A stretch of 64,000 nucleotides of DNA. Source: Desulfatiglandales bacterium. GTDB taxonomy: Bacteria > Desulfobacterota > DSM-4660 > Desulfatiglandales > Desulfatiglandaceae. Each line of letters begins with the position of its first letter. Positions within the stretch are counted from its first letter, which is position 1. Below are positions 18,937-27,194 of the stretch, piece by piece. The stretch lies in contig OY759599.1 in the NCBI GenBank assembly GCA_963662465.1, positions 160,001 through 224,000 on the forward strand, given 5' to 3'. The translations under genes and the position numbers were made by a program. The notes beneath the pieces were generated by a model. It did no database searches. It was given only the letters and a program-made list of their open reading frames with translations, and was not told where the DNA came from.

Positions 18937-19517
18937 TCTACGAGGTGGTGAAGAAGTCAATGCAACAGTAAGCAGTGCCCGCCTGAAGGTTGATGCACAC
19001 AGCGGCAAGAAGCGTTTTGTGATCGCCCCTAAATATGAAGGGGAAGAAGAATACCGTTATTTAGTTGCCACTGATCTGAGTTGGCGGACACTTGACATTA
19101 TCCAAGCATACTCTTTAAAATGGCTTGTGGAGGTTTTCTTTGAAGACTGGAAGCTCTATGAAGAATGGGGGCAAGAGGCCAAACAATTCGACGAAGAAGG
19201 ATCAAGCCGAGGCCTGGTCCTGAGTCTGTTGCTTAGACCATTGCCTCCTCCTTCACCCTGAGCAGGAGGCCTGTATAGAGAATAAACTACCTGTGTTTAC
19301 CGTGGGTAGCCTGCAACGAAGGAGTCAGATGGATATTTTGCTCGAATCAGTCAAATCTTTGCTGCAACAACAAGATCCCGTTGAGAAGCTTAAGGAAATG
19401 GGGCAATTTATCAAAGATGTTTTCCGTCTCATGCCATCTAAAAAACATATGAGCGGAAGAGCCATGGGTAGATTGGAGCCTACATCGTCTCTATCATTCA
19501 GATGTTGTCTTTGCTGA
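18937..19517 (+). pseudogene. 3' fragment of an IS4/IS701-like transposase
   Basis: YRYLVATDLSWRTLDIIQAYSLKWLVEVFFEDWK; frameshifted, N-terminus missing. Confidence 0.75.
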
Positions 19518-19764
19518 GTACTTTTGACAAGTTTATCACCAAAAAATTGAATTTCAAAAAAAACAAGATAAAAAACTTGATCATCGAGTAAACAGCTCGC
19601 AGAATAAGCGGAAGGTTGGTTGTGGGAAAACAACAATTCTAATTACGGCTTTTGAGATAGTCCGCAGTTTGTTTTTTTTGTTGCCATTCATGGGTAGCGA
19701 ATTCACCTTACTCCCAGATTCTGTTCAGGAATAAGGGAAAAAACATTAGGTACTGGATGTTATT

Positions 19765-19855
19765 GTAGGGGCAGGCCCCTGTGCCTGCCCTGCTGATGCT
19801 GTCCAAACACCTTAATAGAGGACAAGCAGGGCAACCACGGGGGGATTGCCCCTAC
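19765..19855. repeat. Inverted doublet of GTAG-type REP elements
   Basis: GTAGGGGCAGGCCCCTGTGCCTGCCC (19765-19790) and GGGCAACCACGGGGGGATTGCCCCTAC (19829-19855). Confidence 0.8.
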
Positions 19856-19893
19856 GTCGCGACATAAAACTGGATGTGTAACGAGATGTGTTT

Positions 19894-19954
19894 GTGGGAG
19901 CAGCTTTCAGATCTACGAGAAATTGTGGCGGAATGCCGTCTGCACAGCGTTTTG
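19894..19954 (+). repeat. Degenerate copy of the GTGG-type REP at 40409
   Basis: GTGGGAGCAGCTTTC…GGAATGCCGTC…ACAGCGTTTTG. Confidence 0.55.
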
Positions 19955-20018
19955 CGATTAAACGACATCATAATGAGAATTGCTGGTGAGAAAGTGACAA
20001 AGTAGAATTAGTCTTTTT

Positions 20019-20465
20019 ATGATTATGGCGGAGCGAAAAAATAATGTCATTAAATTTAGCAAGAGTAATTTTCATAGAAAGAAGTATTTGATTATCACCG
20101 GAATTGTACTTGTTATTCTACTTGAAAATTGTGGTGTTTTTGAAGCATTAATGGATGATGGTCACGGTCGTCATATCGCATCTGGATGGGCAATATTACC
20201 TGAACGTAAAGAATCCGCCGATGCAGTAATTCTTGCTTATGATGATATTAACGGTGAAGAAATTGCGTTTGCAATCGCCGAAGTGGGAGACAAACGAAAA
20301 AGAATTGGGAGCGCTTTGAATGATCCCGCTTATAAAAGATCGGGTTGGAAAAAAGAATTTCAAAAAGAATTACTTCCTTGTAATGCTAAAAACATCAGTG
20401 CTTGGGTTTTCGACACTTCAACATATAAGGCATTCAAGCTTCAGAACTCTCAACATGCCAAATAG
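20019..20465 (+). CDS. Low-GC hypothetical membrane-anchored protein, possibly a remnant
   Basis: One TM segment; SGWAILP…ADAVIL…SGW domain; AT-rich. Confidence 0.5.
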   Translation: MIMAERKNNVIKFSKSNFHRKKYLIITGIVLVILLENCGVFEALMDDGHGRHIASGWAILPERKESADAVILAYDDINGEEIAFAIAEVGDKRKRIGSALNDPAYKRSGWKKEFQKELLPCNAKNISAWVFDTSTYKAFKLQNSQHAK

Positions 20466-20550
20466 TTGTTTAGACTCAATTGTTGTTTGTTTGGAGTCGG
20501 ACCACGCCAAGTAACTGTTAAAGAAGGAAGAATCGAAAAGGGGGAACAGA

Positions 20551-21054
20551 ATGGCTCATTTAATTTCATTTTCGCGAAGTCGATGCACAACGGTAGAAGA
20601 ATCTTCGGACGGCATTATGACATGTACCTGTCGGGTAACGGATAATCTTCTGGATGCGCGGGTTCAGATTCAGGCCGGCCTTCCGGATCTTGAAATCATG
20701 ACCGCCAATAGTCGCGTTGACCATTGCCGAATGGAAGGTATGGCGGCCGCGGAAGAGAGACTTCAGAATCTCCTCGGGGTACGGATCGGTCCGGGCATGC
20801 TTAAAATTATTGAGGGGCTCATGGGAGATGATCCGGCCTGTGTGGAACTGGCCTTTATGGCCGAAGAGTGTTGCCATGGGGCCATTTTGAGCTTGACCAA
20901 GGAAACCCTCCAAAAAGCACCTCTCGAACCCGCTGACAGCCGGGGCTTTTATTCGGAAATGGTTCAGAATAACAAACGGCTGTACAACCGGTGCGCGGCC
21001 TTTGCCGACGGGAGTTCACTTTTGGAGGGCATTGAAATTTCTAAGCTTAAATGA
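20551..21054 (+). CDS. DUF2889-like protein
   Basis: FSRSR…DLEIM…LLGVRIGPGM…CVELAFMAEECC pattern. Confidence 0.65.
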   Translation: MAHLISFSRSRCTTVEESSDGIMTCTCRVTDNLLDARVQIQAGLPDLEIMTANSRVDHCRMEGMAAAEERLQNLLGVRIGPGMLKIIEGLMGDDPACVELAFMAEECCHGAILSLTKETLQKAPLEPADSRGFYSEMVQNNKRLYNRCAAFADGSSLLEGIEISKLK

Positions 21055-21100
21055 AAAGGACGTCAGATTACGAAAACAACAAATAAGGAGGTCAAGTTAA

Positions 21101-22228
21101 ATGCTGACGTATATGCGAAATAAGCTGGTGAATGTTGAAATCCCATCTGAAGATGTTTATGTGGCTTACGGTTTTTTAGATGACCATATTTATAGTCTGG
21201 AAACAACGTTCCAGGTGAATGGGGCCGATATGACCATAGAATGGCTTCAAGGCCACTGGAACCGATATACCACGCCCGACTGCCCGCTGGCCGTGGAGCC
21301 CTTGCAGGGCGCCGTTGGACTCTGTTTGACGGATGAAGGGTTCAGCCGGAGCATTCATCGAATCGTAGGACGAGAGGCCTGCCGGCACTTTGCCAACCTC
21401 ATCCTGGAATGCTGCGATGCCATTCTTAAAACCAAACAGATGCTTGAAACTCCGGAAGCGGAAACGCAAAAAGATGTCGAACCTTCCGTGCCGTTATCCC
21501 CAAGTTCGCGGGTGGCAACTGCCGCCCCCAGGCGAATCAGAAACAAAGAACGAATTCCTTTTGAACAACTGGAAGATGCACCACGCCACGGGTTTACCAT
21601 TGATCTTCATGTCCACACGTCTCCCGCTTCCCCCTGCGCTTCATCATCGGTGGATGACATCATTACGGAAGCCAGGCGAATCGGGCTCGACGGCATCTGC
21701 CTGACGGATCATAACTACCAATGGGATCCAAAAGACATGGCGTTATTGAGAAAAAAGCATGACTTTCTGGTGTTGAGGGGCAACGAGGTTACCACCGTAC
21801 AGGGGGACATCCTGGTTTTCGGATTGGATGAGGATATCCAGGGGATCATCGCCTTGAAGGATTTGGCCGAGAAAGTGAGGGCCGTTGATGGTTTCATGAT
21901 CGCGGCCCATCCCTTTCGAGGGTTCCTGGCGGTAAGCGGGGACAAGCTGGGTCTCGATATTGAAAAGGCTGCGGCTCGCCCCATGTTTGCCCTGGTGGAT
22001 GGGGTGGAGACCTTAAACAGCAAAGTGACGGTGGATGAAAACCGTTTCTGCGGCCGGGTGGCGAGTGCCCTGAAATTGCCGATCACCGGTGGGAGCGACG
22101 CCCATTTGGCCGAAGATGTGGGATTTTACGCCACACGGTTCAGTAAGATCATTCATAATGAAGAAGAACTTATCTCGGCTCTCAGGGCTGGAGATTCGGT
22201 TCCCGTGGATTATCGAAACCTTAAATAA
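21101..22228 (+). CDS. DUF2889-like domain fused to a PHP phosphoesterase
   Basis: RYTTPDCP, GREACRHFANL; DLHVHT, CLTDHN, AAHPFR, GGSDAH. Confidence 0.85.
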   Translation: MLTYMRNKLVNVEIPSEDVYVAYGFLDDHIYSLETTFQVNGADMTIEWLQGHWNRYTTPDCPLAVEPLQGAVGLCLTDEGFSRSIHRIVGREACRHFANLILECCDAILKTKQMLETPEAETQKDVEPSVPLSPSSRVATAAPRRIRNKERIPFEQLEDAPRHGFTIDLHVHTSPASPCASSSVDDIITEARRIGLDGICLTDHNYQWDPKDMALLRKKHDFLVLRGNEVTTVQGDILVFGLDEDIQGIIALKDLAEKVRAVDGFMIAAHPFRGFLAVSGDKLGLDIEKAAARPMFALVDGVETLNSKVTVDENRFCGRVASALKLPITGGSDAHLAEDVGFYATRFSKIIHNEEELISALRAGDSVPVDYRNLK

Positions 22229-22234
22229 GGAGAA

Positions 22235-23641
22235 ATGAACATGTGCAAAGAAAAAGGCAAATGGGAAAAACTGGTGCGCAGAATGGAAATTCTATTGAGG
22301 CTCAGGTCTTTTCCGGTGGCCATGAAGATGCTGGAAAAAAAAGAGCAGTTGCAGGAGGTCCCTTTTTTGAGGCGACCGAGTCATAAGCTCACCAATTGCC
22401 AGCTCATCAGCCTGGTGCGCAATTTTGACTGGACCGTGGGGGCTGATGTGGACGATTTTGCACTCCCCACCTGTTCCTCCATTCTAGGGCTCAACGAACT
22501 GTCTTCCTGTTATACGGACGGCAGCTTCAGGTCCATCGTGTGGGTTCAAACCAAGGAAGACGGCAAGCGCTATGAAGCGGCCATCCCCAGGATCAAAACC
22601 GGCCAATATGAAGCCGTCGCCATGGCGCCCCTGGTGTATGATCCCTTTGAACCGGATATCGTACTCATCTACGCCAATCCGGCTCAGATGATTCTGCTGA
22701 TTAATGCCCTTCAATTTGAAAACTATGAAGTCATGCAGTTCCATTGCGTCGGTGAGTCCTCCTGTTCCGATGCCATTGCCCGCTGTTACCTGGATGGCAA
22801 GCCCTCCCTCACCATCCCCTGTTACGGGGAACGGCGTTACGGCCACGCCCAGGATGACGAGCTGGTGATGGCCCTTCCGGCAGGATACATGGAAAAGGCC
22901 CTGCATGGCCTGGAGATTCTTTACCGGAAAGGCGTCCGTTATCCCATCAGTTTCGCGGGCGCCGAAGGAGATATGGCCGCGGCGCTTCCCGTGGCCTACA
23001 TGACCCTTGAGGAACGCATCGAAAAGGTACGGGGCGCCGTGCCCAAAGGTATGGTGGCCGGGCTCACCGGCGTCATTGCCAGTGGAAAAAGCACGGTGTC
23101 TACCAAACTGGTCGAACTGGGGGCCAAACTGATCGACTTTGATCTCATTGCCCGCCAGGTAGTGGAACCGGGTCGGCCCGGCTACAATGATATCCTCAAA
23201 TATTTCGGAACCCAGGTATGCCAGGCGGATGGAACCCTGGACCGGAAAAAGATATCGGACATTGTATTCAAGGATATGGAGAAGCGGAAAAAACTGGAGG
23301 AATTCACCCACCCCAGAATTTATGAGGAGTTTTTTCGGCAACTGGCGGTATTCGGTCAGGAGGACCCCGCGTCGATTGTGATTGTGGATATCCCCCTGCT
23401 GGTGGAACTGAACCTCATGTACCTGTTTGAAAAGATCATTGTGGTGTCCGTGAGTCCGGAGACCCAGAAAATGCGCCTCATGGCGCGAGACGGCATCGAC
23501 CAGGAGGAAGCCTCGCGAATCATTGCCAGCCAGTTGCCGGTAAAAGAAAAGACGGGTTTTGCGGACTGGGTCATTGAAAATGACGGGTCAAAGGAGGATA
23601 TGCTGGGGCAGGTGGAGCGTGTTTTTGAGGAATTGAAGTGA
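22235..23641 (+). CDS. coaE: DUF169 domain fused to dephospho-CoA kinase
   Basis: N-terminal PVAMK…CQLI…ESSCSDA…PCYGERR (DUF169); C-terminal GLTGVIASGKST, LDRKKI, THPRI, DIPLLVE, RIIASQLP, IENDG. Confidence 0.85.
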   Translation: MNMCKEKGKWEKLVRRMEILLRLRSFPVAMKMLEKKEQLQEVPFLRRPSHKLTNCQLISLVRNFDWTVGADVDDFALPTCSSILGLNELSSCYTDGSFRSIVWVQTKEDGKRYEAAIPRIKTGQYEAVAMAPLVYDPFEPDIVLIYANPAQMILLINALQFENYEVMQFHCVGESSCSDAIARCYLDGKPSLTIPCYGERRYGHAQDDELVMALPAGYMEKALHGLEILYRKGVRYPISFAGAEGDMAAALPVAYMTLEERIEKVRGAVPKGMVAGLTGVIASGKSTVSTKLVELGAKLIDFDLIARQVVEPGRPGYNDILKYFGTQVCQADGTLDRKKISDIVFKDMEKRKKLEEFTHPRIYEEFFRQLAVFGQEDPASIVIVDIPLLVELNLMYLFEKIIVVSVSPETQKMRLMARDGIDQEEASRIIASQLPVKEKTGFADWVIENDGSKEDMLGQVERVFEELK

Positions 23642-23764
23642 TTTTACCATTTGAACGCTATTGGCCTTGACTATAATGATCGGTTGAATTAGAAAAGTAA
23701 GTTTAATCAATTGCGATGAAGTCAGTCGCGTCAAACAATTCATCAGAATGGATTTTGTGCAACC

Positions 23765-25246
23765 ATGGGAAAACCAAGTGCGATTATAGAAGATCGAGCG
23801 AACAAAGCGGAAAAATTGAGGGCTGGCGGGGTCAACCTTTATCCTGCGGGTTACCAGGTGGATATCACCGCGGGAGAAATCCTGCTGCGGTTCGACGGGA
23901 TGGATGAAAGTGCGCTGGAGAAGGAAACAAAAAGTTACGCCGTGGCCGGTCGAATTATTTCGCGCCGGGATTTTGGCAAAGCGTCCTTCATCCACATCAA
24001 AGACAGAACAGGCCGAATTCAGGCATATGTCAGGAAAAACAAACTGGCGCCCGAACAATTCGATACATTCAAACTCATGGATATTGGCGACTTCGTGGGT
24101 GTCAAGGGGCCGCTGTTCAGAACCAAAACCGGAGAATTGACCCTTGTGGCGGAAGATCTGATGTTGCTTACTAAGTCCATGAGGCCCCTTCCCGAAAAAT
24201 GGCATGGCTTAACCGATGTTGAAACCAGGTACCGGCAGCGGTATGTGGACCTGATCATGAACGACCCCGTGCGAGAGGTCTTTGTGGCGCGAAGTCGGAT
24301 TATCCAATCCATTCGTGAGTTTTTTATCGAAAGGGACTTTCTGGAGGTGGAAACCCCCATGATGCAGCCGATTCCCGGGGGGGCTACTGCCAGACCTTTT
24401 AAGACCTATCACAATGCATTGGGGATGGACCTGTACATGCGGGTGGCGCCCGAACTCTATCTGAAACGGCTGGTGGTTGGAGGCCTGGAAAGGGTTTTTG
24501 AAATCAACCGGAATTTTAGAAATGAGGGCCTTTCCATTAAGCACAACCCCGAGTTTACCATGATGGAATTCTATATGGCCTATGCCACCTATGAGGATCT
24601 GATGGTATTGACGGAGGAAGTTTTTGCTTATGTCCTCGAACAGGTGGTGGGTCGGCAGGTGATCGAATATCAGGGGAAGACCATTGATTTTACGCCCCCA
24701 TGGAAAAGAATCTCCCTTTTTGATTCTCTCAAAGAGACTGGGAAAGTGGAAGAGAATGTTTTTAATGACAGGGAACCGGCTGCCGCTCTGGCGAATGGGC
24801 TGGGAATTCCCATTCAGGAGAGGGATGGGCACGGTCAAATTTTGACCAAACTATTTGATCACCTGGTGGAGCCCCACCTTCTCCATCCTACCTTTGTAAC
24901 CGGTTATCCCACTGAGGTATCCCCCCTTTCCAGGCGCAATGACGATAATCCCGAATTGACCGATCGGTTCGAGCTGTTTATCGGGGGCCGGGAGATTGCC
25001 AATGCGTTTACGGAGTTGAATGATCCCGTGGATCAGAAAGGCAGGTTCCTAAACCAGGTGGCCCTCAGGAACGCCGGAGACAAAGAAGCGTTGTTTATGG
25101 ATGAGGACTACGTTACCGCCCTCGAGTACGGCATGCCGCCCACGGCGGGAGAAGGCATTGGTATTGATCGGTTCGTGATGCTGCTCACCGATTCGCCATC
25201 CATTCGGGACGTGATCCTGTTTCCCCAGATGCGGCCGAAGGAATAG
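23765..25246 (+). CDS. lysS: Lysine--tRNA ligase (class II)
   Basis: RYRQRYVDL, GGATARPF, FRNEG, EYGMPPTAGEGIGIDR. Confidence 0.99.
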   Translation: MGKPSAIIEDRANKAEKLRAGGVNLYPAGYQVDITAGEILLRFDGMDESALEKETKSYAVAGRIISRRDFGKASFIHIKDRTGRIQAYVRKNKLAPEQFDTFKLMDIGDFVGVKGPLFRTKTGELTLVAEDLMLLTKSMRPLPEKWHGLTDVETRYRQRYVDLIMNDPVREVFVARSRIIQSIREFFIERDFLEVETPMMQPIPGGATARPFKTYHNALGMDLYMRVAPELYLKRLVVGGLERVFEINRNFRNEGLSIKHNPEFTMMEFYMAYATYEDLMVLTEEVFAYVLEQVVGRQVIEYQGKTIDFTPPWKRISLFDSLKETGKVEENVFNDREPAAALANGLGIPIQERDGHGQILTKLFDHLVEPHLLHPTFVTGYPTEVSPLSRRNDDNPELTDRFELFIGGREIANAFTELNDPVDQKGRFLNQVALRNAGDKEALFMDEDYVTALEYGMPPTAGEGIGIDRFVMLLTDSPSIRDVILFPQMRPKE

Positions 25247-25258
25247 GCTGTTTCGCGC

Positions 25259-26482
25259 ATGTATGAGTTATTTTTAGGGATCAGGTATCTGAAAGCCAAG
25301 CGGAAACAGCGCTTTATTTCGGTGATTACCATTATTTCGGTGTTGGGCGTGATGGTAGGCGTTATGGCGCTGGTGGTGGTGCTTTCCGTGATGAATGGCT
25401 TCAGATCGGATCTCATGAGCAAGATATTGGGTGTGAATGCCCATGTCCTGGTGTTGAACCTCAGCGGAACCTTCAGCGGATACCAGCCGGTAGCCGAGAA
25501 GGTGGAAAAAATGGATGGGGTGGTGGCTGTAACCCCTTTTGTTTATACCCAGGTGATGCTCAATAACGCGGGAAGGGTTTCAGGCGCCGTGTTGCGGGGA
25601 ATTGACCCGAAAACCGCGGCGAGAGTGGTCAGTTTTGACGCAATGATTAAGGAAGGGTCCCTGTCGTCCCTGGATGAGACTGAAAAGGGCGTTCCCGGCA
25701 TGATTATCGGAAGTGAGTTGGCCAAGCAGATCGGCGCCGCCCCGGGAAGTCTGGTGACGGTGATTTCACCCGAAGGAAAATTGACCCCCTTAGGTAGGAC
25801 GCCCAACACCCAAAGGTTCAAAGTGACTGCCATTTTTGATTCCGGCATGTATGAATACGATGCCTCCATGGTCTATATTTCTCTGAAGGAGGCACAACGG
25901 TTTCTGGCGCTGGGCGACAGCGTGACGGGACTTGAGCTTAACGTCAAAGAGGTTTACCAGTCGGACGTTATCGCAAAAAAAATTCAGAAGGAATTGGGTT
26001 ATCCCTATTGGACCAAAGACTGGAAACTCATGAATCGAAGCCTTTTTTCAGCGCTGAAGCTTGAAAAACTTACCATGTTTGTCATTCTGACCATGATTGT
26101 TTTGGTGGGCGCCCTGAATATTATCAGCACGCTGGTGATGGTGGTGATGGAAAAGACGCGGGATGTTGCCATTCTGCGCGCCATGGGCGCCACCGCCAAA
26201 AGCATCATGAGCATTTTCATGTTCCAGGGGATTTTAGTGGGTATTGTCGGGACTGCCGCCGGTCTTTTATCGGGGCTTGGCATCTGCCATCTGTTGTCCC
26301 GATACAAGTTTATCAGCCTTCCATCGGATGTTTACTATATTTCCAAATTGCCGGTTCAAGTGGTGTTTTCCGATGTTGCCGTTGTCGCGGCCGCGGCGGT
26401 GGTCATTTCGTTTCTGGCCACCCTTTATCCGGCGTGGTATGCTTCAAGGCTGAATCCTGTGGAGTCCTTTCGGTATGAATGA
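25259..26482 (+). CDS. lolE: Lipoprotein-releasing ABC permease LolC/E
   Basis: LSVMNGF, VGALNIISTL, AILRAMGA, ATLYPA. Confidence 0.93.
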   Translation: MYELFLGIRYLKAKRKQRFISVITIISVLGVMVGVMALVVVLSVMNGFRSDLMSKILGVNAHVLVLNLSGTFSGYQPVAEKVEKMDGVVAVTPFVYTQVMLNNAGRVSGAVLRGIDPKTAARVVSFDAMIKEGSLSSLDETEKGVPGMIIGSELAKQIGAAPGSLVTVISPEGKLTPLGRTPNTQRFKVTAIFDSGMYEYDASMVYISLKEAQRFLALGDSVTGLELNVKEVYQSDVIAKKIQKELGYPYWTKDWKLMNRSLFSALKLEKLTMFVILTMIVLVGALNIISTLVMVVMEKTRDVAILRAMGATAKSIMSIFMFQGILVGIVGTAAGLLSGLGICHLLSRYKFISLPSDVYYISKLPVQVVFSDVAVVAAAAVVISFLATLYPAWYASRLNPVESFRYE

Positions 26483-27194
26483 CAATTTAAATGGGGGCGT
26501 TTTATTGGTTGCGGGGTCTTCTCCTTCGCCCATGCTGGTTTTTGATGGGGTGAGCAAGTCTTTTGAACACCTGGGAAACACCATTGAGGTTCTGAAAGGG
26601 ATTGACCTTAACCTTTATCCTGCCGACAGCCTGTCCATTACCGGGGCGTCGGGAGTGGGAAAATCTACTTTTCTGAACATTATGGGAAGTCTGGATCCTC
26701 CCTCAGGCGGAACCGTTAAATTCGACGGTATCAACATTTATGAAATGGACCCGGCGGGTTTGTCCCGGTTAAGAAATAGAGACATCGGTTTTGTGTTCCA
26801 GTTTCATCATTTATTGCCTGAATTGAATGCATTGGAAAATGCGATGATGCCCGCCTTGATCGCCAGGCATTCGAAGAAACAGGCCATTGAAATGGCGACC
26901 GACGTGCTTTGCAAAGTGGGTCTTGAGATGCGGTTGACCCATCGGGCAGGCGAGCTCTCCGGCGGAGAGCAACAGCGTGTGGCCATTGCCCGGGCCCTGA
27001 TTATGAGTCCTAAGTTGATTTTGGGAGACGAGCCCACGGGAAATCTGGATTGGGCGACGGGTGAGGAGATTGCCGAGCTGTTGCTTCGTCTGAACCAGGA
27101 GGCGGGGGTGGCCATGGTGATCGCCACCCACAACCAGAGATTGGCGGAAAAGATGTCAAAAAAAATGGAGTTGGTTAATGGTCGAATTCGCTAG
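26475..27194 (+). CDS. lolD: Lipoprotein-releasing ABC ATPase
   Basis: GASGVGKST, GFVFQFHHLLPE, LSGGEQQR, DEPTGNLD. Confidence 0.95.
   Translation: MNDNLNGGVLLVAGSSPSPMLVFDGVSKSFEHLGNTIEVLKGIDLNLYPADSLSITGASGVGKSTFLNIMGSLDPPSGGTVKFDGINIYEMDPAGLSRLRNRDIGFVFQFHHLLPELNALENAMMPALIARHSKKQAIEMATDVLCKVGLEMRLTHRAGELSGGEQQRVAIARALIMSPKLILGDEPTGNLDWATGEEIAELLLRLNQEAGVAMVIATHNQRLAEKMSKKMELVNGRIR

Noticed and set aside
19829..19836. GGGCAACC as a distant member of the iteron array
   Set aside because: It is one arm of a REP palindrome; coincidental.
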